A DNA stretch of 64,000 bases. Origin: Flavobacteriales bacterium. Its GTDB lineage: Bacteria; Bacteroidota; Bacteroidia; Palsa-965. Below, piece after piece: positions 1-11,100 of the stretch. The stretch lies in the NCBI GenBank assembly GCA_040377305.1, contig JBEIPA010000005.1:128001-192000 (forward strand), written 5' to 3'. The notes under the pieces are model-generated. The model saw nothing but the letters and a program-made list of their open reading frames with translations. It did no database searches and was not told the DNA's origin. How positions within the stretch are numbered: position 1 is the first letter of the stretch; each line of letters opens with the position of its first letter. A program made the position numbers and the translations under genes.

Positions 1-753
1 CCTGTTTCCGAAGGCAATGTAATCGGTGAAGATTTCTACGAACGCTTTGCAAAACGCGCAGGACTAGTCATCGAGGTTCCGGAAAAAGGCGGCTTGCTAC
101 CCGACTTTAGTGTTGTCACCGTCGACAGTGCAATCCCCGGCACGAAACTTCACAAGGCAGTCAAAGACTTTTACGAGCAAACAGTTCTCTACAAAATGGA
201 TGTTTGGGGACAGTGGTCTTCTCCCATTGCCATCTTCGCGAAAATTCTCATTAAGTCTGTGAGCGAGAAAATGAATCAGCTGAACATTCCACTCAGTCCG
301 TTGGAAACGAGTCTCGGTATGAGCAGCGAAGTAATTCAACTCAAAGATCCATCAACAGGCGAAGTAAAATACACCTGCTGGCTGCGAAAAACAGTGAAAT
401 CCAATCGCGTGGTGTATGCCGGATTTTACACGCACTGTGTTACACCAAAAGGGACATTCGTAAAAGTTGTTTTCCCTTTGCCAAAAGGAAACGTTACCGT
501 GTTGTTGAAAGCAAACGTACAGGAAGACGGTGGCGTAAAACTCATCTCCGCCGGAAAAGGAATTGGTGATGCGGGTTATTACCGTGTGCTCAACATCAAC
601 AGCGACAAAGTGAAAACACGATACATTCCGCTGAAGGAATCCATTCACGTATTCGAAGACAAATCGGGAATACTTCGCACCGATCATGAATTTCGTTTCT
701 GGGGAATTAAGTTCCTGCACCTTCATTATAAAATCAACAAAACAATCAGCTGA
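1..753 (+). CDS. 5'-truncated hypothetical protein (resembles the soluble C-terminal domain of YndJ-like proteins)
   Basis: Frame 1 is open from base 1 (PVSEGNVIGEDFYERF...) to TGA at 751-753, which overlaps the next ATG. The family resemblance is from memory only. Confidence 0.55.
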   Translation, partial: PVSEGNVIGEDFYERFAKRAGLVIEVPEKGGLLPDFSVVTVDSAIPGTKLHKAVKDFYEQTVLYKMDVWGQWSSPIAIFAKILIKSVSEKMNQLNIPLSPLETSLGMSSEVIQLKDPSTGEVKYTCWLRKTVKSNRVVYAGFYTHCVTPKGTFVKVVFPLPKGNVTVLLKANVQEDGGVKLISAGKGIGDAGYYRVLNINSDKVKTRYIPLKESIHVFEDKSGILRTDHEFRFWGIKFLHLHYKINKTIS

Positions 754-1700
754 TGAAACTGTTTCATAATTTTGGAACAACACTTTTCCTCGCTCTGGCG
801 ATAGTTGTGACTTCTTGCGGGGGCGGCCCGATTGAGCATGGGAAAGAGTACATTTTAGAGGCTCCCATGAACTCAGCAGATGTAGATATGCAGTCGACAG
901 TTGCTGTACTTGAGAATCGACTGAACAACTTTGGATTAAAAGGTGATTTCGAGTTGTCGCGAGACTCAAACAGAATTACCGTCCGCGTCCGTCAAGGTGC
1001 AATTGCCGACGATTCCAAAATGAGAAAGTTGCTGCAAAGCTCCGCCAACCTTGTGTTTCGCGCTATGTACACAATGGGTGAAATCTCACCCGTAATTACC
1101 GAAGCACAACAAACGTATATCCGTATTAATCACATTGATTCCATCACAGCGCTCTCAGCAGGAATAATTCCCTACGCAGCTGAATCCGGATGGGACCCCG
1201 AAGGTGCATTGATCATTAGTTGCCGTGCGAAAGACACCATGGCCGTGATGAATATTCTTCGGACTGATTCAATTGCAATTCTATTTCCGTCAGATGTTGT
1301 TTTCCATTGGGGGACGGGACCGGAATTGGAAACCGGTGAACTCACCTATGGTTTGTTTGCGTGCAAAGTGGGACGCAATTATGTAATGAGTGGGAACTAT
1401 ATAGAATCAGCCGATGCTTTATTGAATCCAAACTACAATTCCTGGGAGATTTCATTGGTTTTTGACCCGGTAGGTGCAAAAGAATTTTCCCGCATTACAA
1501 AAGACAATGTCGGACGGAATCTTGCCATTGAGCTCGACGACTTCGTGTACAACTATCCCACTGTAAATGCTGAAATTACCGGTGGGGTGGCAGTAATTAC
1601 TGGCAATTTCACAGAGACGGAGGCAGGGGATCTTGCAAAAATTTTAAGTGCCGGAAGTCTTCCATTGCCCGTTGCACTTGTTCAGGAAACTGACTTCTGA
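753..1700 (+). CDS. Lipoprotein consisting of a stand-alone SecD periplasmic P1 (base + head) domain
   Basis: Lipobox ...IVVTSC. SecD P1 motifs VLENRLNNFG, RITVRV, LLQSSANLVFR, and GAKEFSRITKDNVGRNLAIELDD...PTVNAEITGG..VITGNFTETEAGDLAKILSAGSLP. It stops before the TM region. Confidence 0.8.
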   Translation: MKLFHNFGTTLFLALAIVVTSCGGGPIEHGKEYILEAPMNSADVDMQSTVAVLENRLNNFGLKGDFELSRDSNRITVRVRQGAIADDSKMRKLLQSSANLVFRAMYTMGEISPVITEAQQTYIRINHIDSITALSAGIIPYAAESGWDPEGALIISCRAKDTMAVMNILRTDSIAILFPSDVVFHWGTGPELETGELTYGLFACKVGRNYVMSGNYIESADALLNPNYNSWEISLVFDPVGAKEFSRITKDNVGRNLAIELDDFVYNYPTVNAEITGGVAVITGNFTETEAGDLAKILSAGSLPLPVALVQETDF

Positions 1701-2972
1701 TTAAGCCTTCATCGCCTCTTCCAGCTTCTGTCCGAAACGCCAAACGTCTTCGAAAGAATTGTAAAGCGGTACCGGAGCCATTCGAATCACATTCGGTTCT
1801 CTCCAATCGGGCATCACACCGTTCGACATAAGCGTATCAAATAATTTCCTGCCGTAGCCGTGCGCAATTACACTCACCTGACAACCGCGGTATTTCCAGT
1901 CGCGCGGCGTAATAATCTCGAGACAATTATTATGTTTCTTCGAAATTTCGTCAATGATAAATTCGAGATAAGCCGATAGCTTTTCGGTTTTCGCGCGCAG
2001 CTTCTCCATTCCTACTTCATCGAAAATTTCCAGCGCAGCATTGTGTGCCGCCATCGAGAAAACTGGTGCGTTACTCAATTGCCAGCCTTCTGCTCCGGGA
2101 ATCGGATTAAATCCTTTTTGCATTTTGAATCGCGTGGCTTTATCGTGTCCCCACCAACCTGCGAAACGAACTACACCCGAATCGGCGTGACGTGCGTGCA
2201 CAAATGCTCCAGCCACACTTCCAGGTCCGCTGTTCAGATACTTATAAGAACACCAGCACGCAAAGTCAACATCCCAGTCGTGTAAACGCAATACCAGATT
2301 TCCGGCAGCATGTGCAAGATCAAAGCCGGCATACGCTCCAATGGCATGAGCCGCTTTTGTAATTGCAGCCATGTCGAATACTTGTCCGCTGTAATAGTTT
2401 ACACCGCCAATGAAGACAAGTGCAATCTCTTCCTTGTGCTTTTCAAGTGCCGCAAAAATATCTTCGTGACGAATAGTGTGCTCTCCTTCGCGAGGTGCAA
2501 TTTCAATCACTGCATCTTCGTAATCGTAACCGTGAAATTTCACTTGAGACTCTAGCGCGTACTGGTCTGAAGGAAAAGCTTTTGCTTCGCACAAAATTTT
2601 GTATCGCAATCCGCGCGGACGATAAAACGAAACCATCAGCAAGTGAATATTCACGGTAAGCTGGTTCATGCAAACAACTTCGCCGGGCTTTGCCCCAACC
2701 AGTCGTGCAGATTTCTCCGTAAGAAATTCATGATACGGCATCCACGGCTTATTCGCCACGAAATGTCCTTCAACCCCATGCTTTGCCCAGTCGTCGAGTT
2801 CTGCATTAATGGCAGCACGGGTAGTAACCGGTTGTAATCCAAGTGAGTTACCGGTGAGATAAATTACATCCTCCCCGTTGTGTTTCGGAATTAGAAATTT
2901 CTGGCGATAACCAGCGAGTGGATCGTTCCGGTCGCATTCCTGCGCAAAAGTGTGTGTGTTCTGAAACTGCAT
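1701..2972 (-). CDS. kynU: Kynureninase
   Basis: YLTGNSLGLQP, FDLAHAAGN, and the PLP lysine motif WCSYKYLNSGPG. Confidence 0.95.
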   Translation of the reverse strand: MQFQNTHTFAQECDRNDPLAGYRQKFLIPKHNGEDVIYLTGNSLGLQPVTTRAAINAELDDWAKHGVEGHFVANKPWMPYHEFLTEKSARLVGAKPGEVVCMNQLTVNIHLLMVSFYRPRGLRYKILCEAKAFPSDQYALESQVKFHGYDYEDAVIEIAPREGEHTIRHEDIFAALEKHKEEIALVFIGGVNYYSGQVFDMAAITKAAHAIGAYAGFDLAHAAGNLVLRLHDWDVDFACWCSYKYLNSGPGSVAGAFVHARHADSGVVRFAGWWGHDKATRFKMQKGFNPIPGAEGWQLSNAPVFSMAAHNAALEIFDEVGMEKLRAKTEKLSAYLEFIIDEISKKHNNCLEIITPRDWKYRGCQVSVIAHGYGRKLFDTLMSNGVMPDWREPNVIRMAPVPLYNSFEDVWRFGQKLEEAMKA

Positions 2973-3225
2973 ACGTATGAAATTGCTGGGCCAAAGATAG
3001 GCGCTTGCATGAGTTTGTGATCAGATACAATCGGCAGTTTGTTCCCGATTGTGTAGACTAATTCCATCTTTTTGGGGAAAACTCCCAATTTTTTATAATC
3101 TGAAAATCGCGACGTAAAAATCAAATTTTCTCCACCCATAACATATATCAGGAGCTATCGATTTCCCCGTGTGGTCATGATTTTGATCGTGCTGTTTGGT
3201 ATTACACCAAAACACTACCATCAAC

Positions 3226-4731
3226 ATGAAAAATCAACTACTATTATTTATTGGCCTTGCACTAGTCACGACCGCAAGTGCGCAATCAGACGAACGACCT
3301 TGGAGCTTCGGCTTACACGGCGGAATCACACAATACAACGGTGACCACGGACAAAATTTCTTTAAAACCAAACAAGCCGGATATGGTTTCGCGGGTGCTT
3401 CAATCTCCCGTTACATTTCTCCTCATTGGGATGCCTCAATCTATCAGACTTATGGTCAAATTGGAAATCGCGAAGAACTTTCATCCTGGAGCACTCCGGA
3501 AGATATAGCGACCAGCTATTTCCGTACGCAATTGAGCACTACTCACTTGTTTGTTAAGTTTCATTTTGTCACTCCTGAACATGCAGTTCGTCCGTACCTA
3601 CTAGTTGGTGGCGGATTGATCGTTTATGAGAAAGATTATTCGCTTGTACACCAGCGAGTAGAAGGCTCTTTGCCAACTTTTGGTTTAGGTGTAAATCTTC
3701 GTGTTACAGATTACATGAAACTTCAATTACAGGAAACATTCATGTACACCACAACCGACAATGTTGACAAAACAATTGGCGGTGGAGCGAATGATGCCTA
3801 TCTCTATCACAGCGTTGGATTGATTTTCGAATTCGGAAAAATGCCGGACGCCGATATGGATGGCGTAAGCGATAAAAAAGACAAGTGTGCTTCAACGCCG
3901 GCAGGTGTTGCAGTCGATGCTTCAGGTTGCCCTGTTGACGGAGACAAAGATGGTGTAGCAGATTATCTGGATGATTGTCCGGCTGTTGCAGGTGTTTCAT
4001 CTTTGAAAGGTTGCCCAGATGGCGACAAAGACGGAATTGCAGACAAAGATGATCGTTGTCCGGATGTATTTGGTCCTTCAGACACACGTGGTTGTCCTGA
4101 CACAGATGGAGACGGTGTTGTAGACATCGACGACAAATGTTCTGCAACTGCAAGCAAATACAAAGTAGATGCAACTGGTTGTCCTGTTGATACAGACAAA
4201 GACGGAGTCTTCAACGAAGACGATCGTTGCCCAACAATTGCAGGTCAACTCGTGTTTCAAGGATGTCCCGACACTGACAAAGATGGTGTATCCGATTTCG
4301 ACGATCGTTGCCCAACTGTAGTTGGTACAATCTCAAATAAAGGTTGTCCTGAAATTACTAAAGAAGACCAGGTGAAAATCACTTCAATCGCCAGCAAGAT
4401 CTATTTTGAAACCGGCAAAGCGACTTTGAAAAAAGAATCTTATGCACAGTTGGATGCACTCGTTCTTATCCTCCAGAAATATGAAGGCGCAATCCTCGTG
4501 ATTGAAGGCCACACAGACAATGTAGGTGAAGACGCGTACAACATGACTTTGTCACAAGAAAGAACAGATGCGGTGAAAGCCTATCTCATGTCTAAAGGAA
4601 TCATGGAATCACGTCTGGTTGCTTATGGATACGGTGAAACTAAGCCTGTCGATGACAACAACAAGTCAGCAGGTCGCGCAAAAAATCGCCGTGTTGAATT
4701 GAAAACCACTTATGAAGTTCCAGTGAAATAA
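3226..4731 (+). CDS. OmpA-family protein: beta-barrel, thrombospondin type-3 (DxDxDGVxDxxDxCP) repeats and OmpA_C domain
   Basis: Signal peptide from ATG 3226, multiple DxDxDG..D..D.CP repeats, and IEGHTDNVG...NRRVE. Confidence 0.92.
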   Translation: MKNQLLLFIGLALVTTASAQSDERPWSFGLHGGITQYNGDHGQNFFKTKQAGYGFAGASISRYISPHWDASIYQTYGQIGNREELSSWSTPEDIATSYFRTQLSTTHLFVKFHFVTPEHAVRPYLLVGGGLIVYEKDYSLVHQRVEGSLPTFGLGVNLRVTDYMKLQLQETFMYTTTDNVDKTIGGGANDAYLYHSVGLIFEFGKMPDADMDGVSDKKDKCASTPAGVAVDASGCPVDGDKDGVADYLDDCPAVAGVSSLKGCPDGDKDGIADKDDRCPDVFGPSDTRGCPDTDGDGVVDIDDKCSATASKYKVDATGCPVDTDKDGVFNEDDRCPTIAGQLVFQGCPDTDKDGVSDFDDRCPTVVGTISNKGCPEITKEDQVKITSIASKIYFETGKATLKKESYAQLDALVLILQKYEGAILVIEGHTDNVGEDAYNMTLSQERTDAVKAYLMSKGIMESRLVAYGYGETKPVDDNNKSAGRAKNRRVELKTTYEVPVK

Positions 4732-4780
4732 AATACACACAATGGAGAGTTAAGGTGGTACAATTGGTACTCTCCGGCAA

Positions 4781-4815
4781 AAGAGGAAGCGCAGATAAGT
4801 TCTGTGCTTCCTCTT
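4781..4815 (+). terminator. Hairpin, probable intrinsic terminator of the OmpA gene
   Basis: AAGAGGAAGCGCAGA-taagt-TCTGTGCTTCCTCTT. Confidence 0.6.
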
Positions 4816-4896
4816 CGCTTTTACAGCGCGACCAGAAGAAACCTGCCGCTTAAACATTTTCTGTCTGCTCACGACTTTCATCTGACCTCTGACGTC

Positions 4897-4904
4897 TATC
4901 TTTG
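4897..4904 (+). promoter_or_regulatory. Bacteroidota sigma70 -7 box (hemL)
   Basis: TATCTTTG matches TAnnTTTG and lies 8 nt before the ATG. Confidence 0.65.
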
Positions 4905-4912
4905 CGGCGTCT

Positions 4913-6205
4913 ATGAATAACAAACGTTCCGAAGAGCTGTACGCTGCAGCCAAAAAATATTTCCCCGGTGGTGTCAATTCTCCGGTCCGCGCATTTCGTT
5001 CTGTAGGTGGAACCCCACTTTTCATTTCCAAAGGCAAAGGCTCACACATCTGGGATGCAGACGGAAACGAATTCATCGACTACTGCGGCTCGTGGGGACC
5101 ATTGATCAACGGTCACGCGCATCCTGCCATCATCGAAGCGATTACAAAAACAGTTCAGGACGGAACTTCATTCGGCGCTCCAACACAGCTGGAGAATGAG
5201 CTGGCGGAACTAATTCTCTCGAATAATCCGTTCATTGAGAAATTACGTTTCGTAAGTTCCGGAACCGAAGCAGTGATGAGTGCAATTCGCCTCGCTCGTG
5301 GATTCACCGGACGCACTAAAATTCTCAAGTTCGAAGGTTGCTATCACGGACACTCTGATTCCCTTCTCGTGAAAGCAGGTTCAGGCCTTGTCACGTTTGG
5401 TAATACTTCTTCAGCTGGAGTTCCCGAGGCTTTTGTGAATGAAACCATTGTCGTTTCCTTGAATAACGAAGCAGCTGTTGAAGAAGCATTCGCGAAATTC
5501 GGAAATGAACTTGCGTGCGTGATCATCGAACCTATTCCGGCGAACAACGGATTGCTTTTACAACGCAAAGAGTACTTGCAGTTCCTGCGCGACATCTGCA
5601 CAAAACACGGCGCGATGTTATTATTCGACGAAGTGATTTCCGGATTCCGGATTGGGTTCACGGGCGCTGCTGGTCATTACGGCATCAAACCCGACATCAT
5701 CACCTACGGAAAAATTATCGGCGGTGGACTTCCGGTTGGAGCATATGGCGCTTCTGCGAAAATTATGTCGTCCATATCTCCGGAAGGAAATGTATACCAG
5801 GCGGGAACGCTTTCAGGAAATCCCGTGGCGATGGCAGCCGGAATTGCGCAGTTAAAATTGTGTCTCGCGGAGAATTTTTATCCGGAACTCGAACGCAAAT
5901 GCAAAATGCTTTCAGCCGGGATTCAGTCACACTGCGATTCGAAAAAACACAAAGTGAAACTGCACACGCTCGGTTCGATTTTCTGGATAGCTTTTTCAGA
6001 TTCAGCTGCAATTCGTTCCGCTGAAGAAATTGACGGAGAGAGCATGAAACTTTTCCGCAGCATGTATCACGATTTGCTGGAGAACGGAATTTACCTCGGT
6101 CCTTCCGGATATGAAGTTGGATTTGTATCGTCGGTGCATACGGATGAGGATATATGGGCGACAATCGGGAAGTTTACGTCTTCGTTGGATCGCACGTTCG
6201 CATAA
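4913..6205 (+). CDS. hemL: Glutamate-1-semialdehyde 2,1-aminomutase
   Basis: PGGVNSPVRAF, SSGTEAVMSAIRLARG, FEGCYHGH, GKIIGGGLPVGA, QAGTLSGNP. Confidence 0.97.
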   Translation: MNNKRSEELYAAAKKYFPGGVNSPVRAFRSVGGTPLFISKGKGSHIWDADGNEFIDYCGSWGPLINGHAHPAIIEAITKTVQDGTSFGAPTQLENELAELILSNNPFIEKLRFVSSGTEAVMSAIRLARGFTGRTKILKFEGCYHGHSDSLLVKAGSGLVTFGNTSSAGVPEAFVNETIVVSLNNEAAVEEAFAKFGNELACVIIEPIPANNGLLLQRKEYLQFLRDICTKHGAMLLFDEVISGFRIGFTGAAGHYGIKPDIITYGKIIGGGLPVGAYGASAKIMSSISPEGNVYQAGTLSGNPVAMAAGIAQLKLCLAENFYPELERKCKMLSAGIQSHCDSKKHKVKLHTLGSIFWIAFSDSAAIRSAEEIDGESMKLFRSMYHDLLENGIYLGPSGYEVGFVSSVHTDEDIWATIGKFTSSLDRTFA

Positions 6206-6423
6206 TTCAACCCCTTCGGGGTTGTGGTTACACGTGACAGGTTAGTTACCGTAATTAAAGCCCTTCAGGCTTCGCGCATTATGTTGACACGGAAAGTTCT
6301 GATTTCCCGTGTTGAATTGTTCGGCGATTTAATACTCTGGCTCGCGAAATCAGGAACTCCGAAGGAGTTTAATTACGGTAACTAACCCCGTGCACTCACG
6401 TCGCAACCCTGAAGGGGTTGAAT
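6205..6423. repeat. REPIN-like nested inverted-repeat element
   Basis: Outer arms 6205-6224 and 6404-6423 match 19/20 and each is itself a hairpin. Inner arms 6240-6259 and 6368-6387 match 20/20. Confidence 0.85.
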
Positions 6424-6425
6424 GT

Positions 6426-7316
6426 CTAACACCACCGCATCATTACCCACAGAACCACCATCAGCCCATCAATCACCAGCGAGAAATAATACTCGTGCCG
6501 TTTCGGTGTGCTCATCGCAATTACAACACACGTAATGATTGTCCATATCCCATAGAGAACCACGTGATGAAATTCCACAAGCGTACTCATCCTATCAGCG
6601 AGAAAAACACCAACAAGCGACAACAGCATCCCGGCAATTCCGATGGCAATTGATTTCTTTACACCAAAAACCGAAGGCAGTGTTTTCAAACGATCTCCGT
6701 CGTAAAGCAAGTCGCGAATGTCGAATGGAATTGTAATCGAGAATATCATCATGCTGCAGGCAATCATCCAGCAGGTCACTTCCGGGGATGTCCATTCCGG
6801 GTAACTTCCGTCGGCCGCTGCCGGAACCCAAACACAGCTCATTCCCCAAACAATTCCAACAATGAAAATTTTGATCATGGGAATTTCTCGTAGCTTGATC
6901 CAGCGTTTCTTCCAGTAGATTGCAGGAAACGCGTACGCAACGGAAAGGGCTGCGGGAATCAGCGCAATAAGCTGAGTGCGTCGATACAACTGAAAAAAAG
7001 CCCACGTCGCCGCTACCATGGCAATGATTGAAATTCCAAGCAGCAACTTTCTATTCTGTGTGTTCCAGCGATGACGAATGAATTGCCGTTCAACGAGTAC
7101 TTCCTGAAAAGCCGCTGGTAATCGCTGAAGATTGTACAGAAAAAACGTTCCGCAGAAAACGAAAACGTACAACTCTCTTCGTAAATGGAAATCGAATAAT
7201 TCCTGCGTCACACCCACGAGTGCAATCGCACAAACTGCAATGTGCAGATTACTGAAGAGATAAAAATCCAGGATTCGTTTTAGCGGATTGCGGTTCTGAT
7301 CAGCGGACGACCCCAT
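6426..7316 (-). CDS. UbiA-prenyltransferase-like membrane protein
   Basis: Multiple TM segments, LREIPMIKIFIVGIVW and PFDIRDLLYD motifs. Start placed at MGSSADQ. Confidence 0.7.
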   Translation of the reverse strand: MGSSADQNRNPLKRILDFYLFSNLHIAVCAIALVGVTQELFDFHLRRELYVFVFCGTFFLYNLQRLPAAFQEVLVERQFIRHRWNTQNRKLLLGISIIAMVAATWAFFQLYRRTQLIALIPAALSVAYAFPAIYWKKRWIKLREIPMIKIFIVGIVWGMSCVWVPAAADGSYPEWTSPEVTCWMIACSMMIFSITIPFDIRDLLYDGDRLKTLPSVFGVKKSIAIGIAGMLLSLVGVFLADRMSTLVEFHHVVLYGIWTIITCVVIAMSTPKRHEYYFSLVIDGLMVVLWVMMRWC

Positions 7317-7932
7317 TGCTGGTGTTGATAATCGACTGCGTAACAACTCCAGCGGCAAATCCGACTGCACCTGCAACCAGTGTACGCATGATACGTTTTT
7401 GGCGTGCAACTTTTTCGTAACCCATCAGATAAGTGTCGTACTTGAGATAATTTGGGTTCGACACTGATCCCGGGCGAATTTTCACCCGGAAGGCAAGTGA
7501 GACTGCACTATAACCAAACGGTGCTACCAGACCGAGCGCATTTCCAGTGTAGCCTCCTCCAAATCCTGCGACAAATCCACCCGCAATCCAAAGCGGACAG
7601 TGATAAGACCGACGTGCATCGCGCTCTCCCTGCAGAAAATAACGGACTTCATTTGGCGTGTAATAATTTCCGAAAAGCGTGTCTTGTTTATAGAAAACGG
7701 CTTCTGACCCCGTTTTATATTTAACAGAAAATACAAGTTCCTGTTCGATGAAATCTGCTTTGTAGCCCCCACCCTTCTTGGGGATCAGAATCTTCAGCTT
7801 TTCGTTGGACGTATCTTTCACCACGCCCTCCACCGTTCTTCCGCTCATGAGGTAAACCGTATCCAACTTCTCCTGCGCAAACAGGAAACCAACAGGTAAT
7901 AGCAAAACCGCCAACAACAATCTGAATTTCAT
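7300..7932 (-). CDS. Hypothetical exported/membrane protein
   Basis: Signal peptide MKFRLLLAVLLLPVGFLFAQ and Gly-rich hydrophobic helices. Confidence 0.7.
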   Translation of the reverse strand: MKFRLLLAVLLLPVGFLFAQEKLDTVYLMSGRTVEGVVKDTSNEKLKILIPKKGGGYKADFIEQELVFSVKYKTGSEAVFYKQDTLFGNYYTPNEVRYFLQGERDARRSYHCPLWIAGGFVAGFGGGYTGNALGLVAPFGYSAVSLAFRVKIRPGSVSNPNYLKYDTYLMGYEKVARQKRIMRTLVAGAVGFAAGVVTQSIINTSNGVVR

Positions 7933-7980
7933 TCGGTTTGAGATATGGTCAAATATAAGGAAAGTAGCCTGAAAAGTTAG

Positions 7981-8077
7981 GCAGTAAGCAGTTGTACAGT
8001 TGACCGGCAGTTGTGAAATTCTGATGAAAACTTTTCTTCGCCGACTGCCGACAGACAGACTGCCCAACTGCCTACTG
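7981..8077. repeat. Degenerate heptamer repeats (CAGTWGG / CCWACTG) in inverted arrangement
   Basis: ggcagtaagcagttg..ggcagttg versus ccgactgccgac..ctgcccaactgcctactg. Related runs occur at 20336-20358 and 53221-53278. Confidence 0.65.
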
Positions 8078-8083
8078 ATTTCG

Positions 8084-8091
8084 TATCTTTG
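8084..8091 (+). promoter_or_regulatory. -7 promoter box (gcvP)
   Basis: TATCTTTG. Confidence 0.65.
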
Positions 8092-8124
8092 TCGCCCATA
8101 AACACACCGCTTTTTCCACACACT

Positions 8125-10977
8125 ATGTATACCGACAATTTCACGCGACGTCACATCGGACCTTCAGAGGCCGACACTCAAGAAATGCTAAAGCTGATTG
8201 GCGTTTCAACTGTTGATGAGCTAATCGAGCAAACCATCCCATCTTCGATCCGATTGAAGAAACCTTTAGCGATTGAAAAAGGTTTGGGTGAGTTCGAGTA
8301 CCACCGTCACCTGAAAGCACTCGGCGCAAAAAATAAATTGTACCGTACGTATATCGGACTTGGTTACAACGGCACAATTACTCCTCCTGTAATTCAGAGA
8401 AACATTCTCGAGAATCCGGGTTGGTATACAGCATACACACCGTATCAGGCAGAAATTGCACAAGGGCGTTTGGAAGCTCTTCTGAATTTCCAGACCATGG
8501 TGATGGATCTCACCGCAATGCCATTGGCGAATGCATCTCTGCTCGATGAAGCCACTGCAGCTGCAGAAGCAATGACTTTGCTTTACAACAACCGTAGCCG
8601 CGACGCAGTTAAACGCAATGCGAATACATTTTTCGTTTCTGAACTCGCTTATCCGCAAACAATTGATTTGCTGAAAACACGTTCAGAGCCATTGAACATT
8701 CAGCTTGTCATTGGCGATCACAAAACATTCGCATTCAACGAATCTATTTTCGGTGCGTTGCTCCAGTATCCTGATATCAACGGAGAAGTACACGACTACC
8801 GTAAGTTCACTGATGCCGCGCATGCCGCAGGCGCTGGTGTTGCGGTAGCAGCAGATTTGTTGTCGCTCGCGTTGTTAACTCCTCCGGGAGAATGGGGCGC
8901 CGATGTTGTTTTCGGAAATTCACAGCGCTTCGGAGTTCCAATGGGCTTCGGCGGACCACACGCAGCATTTTTCACTGCCAAAGAAGATTTCAAGCGTCTT
9001 ATGCCTGGACGTATCATTGGTGTTTCAGTAGACAGTAATGGCAATCATGCATTGCGCATGGCGTTACAGACACGTGAGCAGCATATCAAACGTGATCGTG
9101 CAACATCAAACATTTGCACCGCACAGGCATTGCTCGCCATCATGGCAGGAATGTATGCTGTATATCATGGTCCGAAAGGAATCAAAGCCATTGCCGAAGA
9201 AGTAAATGGAAATGTTGCGAAGCTCGCAGGCGCATTGACCGCAGCAGGATTCAAGCTCGTGAACAATTCGTTCTTCGACACAATTACTATTGAAGCCGAT
9301 GCTGCGAAAGCAAAAACTATTCGCGATGCTGCTGAGAAATCAGGAATCAATTTCCGTTTTGGCAACAACACCGTTTCTGTAACGCTTGATCAAACGGTGA
9401 GCACATCCGATATGTCAGACATTCTTGCTGCATTCGGAATTAAGAATGCTGCAACAGCCGTGCAAGGTATTCCTTCTTCGAATACACGAACATCGTCTTA
9501 TCTCTCGCATCCGATTTTCAATACGTATCATTCAGAAACTGAAATGATGCGTTACATCAAGAAACTCGAGAACAAAGATTTGTCTCTGGTTCACTCGATG
9601 ATTTCTCTCGGATCGTGTACGATGAAACTCAATGCGGCTTCAGAGCTTATGCCAATTACATGGCCTGAGTTTGCAAACATTCACCCGTTTGTTCCGGCCG
9701 ATCAGGCGGTGGGTTATCACGAACTCATCAACACACTGGATAAAGACCTCAGCGAGATCACAGGTTTTGCGGCAATGTCTTTCCAGCCAAACTCTGGTGC
9801 ACAAGGAGAATACGCAGGGTTGATGGTAATTCGCGCGTATCACATTTCGCGCGGCGATGGTCACCGTAATGTTTCCTTGATTCCATCTTCTGCTCACGGA
9901 ACAAATCCGGCTTCTGCTGCAATGGCAGGAATGGAAATTGTTGTGGTGAAGTGCGACGAGAAAGGAAACATCGATGTTGCTGATTTACGTGCGAAAGCAG
10001 AACAATACAAAGATCGCTTGTCATGTCTGATGGTTACTTATCCATCGACCCACGGCGTGTATGAAGAATCTATCATGGAAATCACGTCTATCATTCACGC
10101 GAATGGCGGACAGGTTTACATGGATGGAGCAAACATGAACGCACAGGTTGGATTGACATCACCGGGAAATATCGGTGCTGATGTTTGTCACCTGAATCTT
10201 CACAAAACTTTCGCAATTCCACACGGTGGAGGTGGACCAGGAATGGGGCCGATTGGTGTTGCCAAGCATCTTGTGCCATTTCTTCCTTCTCATCCTGTTG
10301 TAAAAACAGGTGGCGACAAAGGAATTGCAGCCGTTTCAGCAGCTCCTTTCGGAAGCGCGTTGATACTACTTGTTTCTTACGGCTACATCAAAATGTTGGG
10401 TGGCGATGGTATGACAGATTCAACCAAGATGGCGATCGTGAACGCGAACTACATCAAGGAAAAACTAAAAGGACACTACGCTACACTCTATACAAATCAC
10501 AACGGTCGTGTTGCGCATGAAATGATTTTGCAGTGCGAAGAATTCAAGCGTACAGCGAAAGTGGAAGTTGCCGATATCGCAAAGCGTCTGATGGATTATG
10601 GATTTCATGCTCCGACAGTTGCGTTCCCTGTACACGATACATTAATGGTGGAGCCAACCGAATCTGAACCAAAAAGTGAACTCGATAAGTTTTGTGAAGC
10701 GATGATTAGTATCCGAAAAGAGATTGCTGAGATCGCAGATGGCAAATCGGATGTTGTAGATAACGTATTAAAGAACTCCCCGCACACGGCAGATTCTGTG
10801 ATAAATGACAGCTGGTCACACAATTATAGTCGCGAGAAGGCCGTTTACCCGCTGAATTGGGTAAAAGAAGCGAAATTTTGGCCAACTGTAGGTCGCGTAG
10901 ATAATGCGTATGGAGATCGTAATCTCGTTTGCAGCTGTTTGCCCATTGAAGCCTATCTCGAGCCGGTAATCGCTTAA
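8125..10977 (+). CDS. gcvP: Glycine dehydrogenase (decarboxylating), glycine cleavage P protein
   Basis: [56 protein letters not shown]. Confidence 0.98.
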   Translation: MYTDNFTRRHIGPSEADTQEMLKLIGVSTVDELIEQTIPSSIRLKKPLAIEKGLGEFEYHRHLKALGAKNKLYRTYIGLGYNGTITPPVIQRNILENPGWYTAYTPYQAEIAQGRLEALLNFQTMVMDLTAMPLANASLLDEATAAAEAMTLLYNNRSRDAVKRNANTFFVSELAYPQTIDLLKTRSEPLNIQLVIGDHKTFAFNESIFGALLQYPDINGEVHDYRKFTDAAHAAGAGVAVAADLLSLALLTPPGEWGADVVFGNSQRFGVPMGFGGPHAAFFTAKEDFKRLMPGRIIGVSVDSNGNHALRMALQTREQHIKRDRATSNICTAQALLAIMAGMYAVYHGPKGIKAIAEEVNGNVAKLAGALTAAGFKLVNNSFFDTITIEADAAKAKTIRDAAEKSGINFRFGNNTVSVTLDQTVSTSDMSDILAAFGIKNAATAVQGIPSSNTRTSSYLSHPIFNTYHSETEMMRYIKKLENKDLSLVHSMISLGSCTMKLNAASELMPITWPEFANIHPFVPADQAVGYHELINTLDKDLSEITGFAAMSFQPNSGAQGEYAGLMVIRAYHISRGDGHRNVSLIPSSAHGTNPASAAMAGMEIVVVKCDEKGNIDVADLRAKAEQYKDRLSCLMVTYPSTHGVYEESIMEITSIIHANGGQVYMDGANMNAQVGLTSPGNIGADVCHLNLHKTFAIPHGGGGPGMGPIGVAKHLVPFLPSHPVVKTGGDKGIAAVSAAPFGSALILLVSYGYIKMLGGDGMTDSTKMAIVNANYIKEKLKGHYATLYTNHNGRVAHEMILQCEEFKRTAKVEVADIAKRLMDYGFHAPTVAFPVHDTLMVEPTESEPKSELDKFCEAMISIRKEIAEIADGKSDVVDNVLKNSPHTADSVINDSWSHNYSREKAVYPLNWVKEAKFWPTVGRVDNAYGDRNLVCSCLPIEAYLEPVIA

Positions 10978-11100
10978 CGCGTAAGAAATTTAACAAGTCG
11001 AGTGGTTAAAATCATTGAATCTGTGCCGATTTCTTAACCATATCCTTATATTTGTAATTCGTAAAACACTATAATCAAAACCAAATCTAAATCCTCAGCA

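Noticed and set aside
3841-4350. Repetitive DNA in the OmpA gene
   Set aside because: Explained by ordinary thrombospondin type-3 protein repeats.
7933-8124. Glycine riboswitch before gcvP
   Set aside because: No recognisable aptamer motifs. The promoter box is about 35 nt from the ATG, leaving no room.
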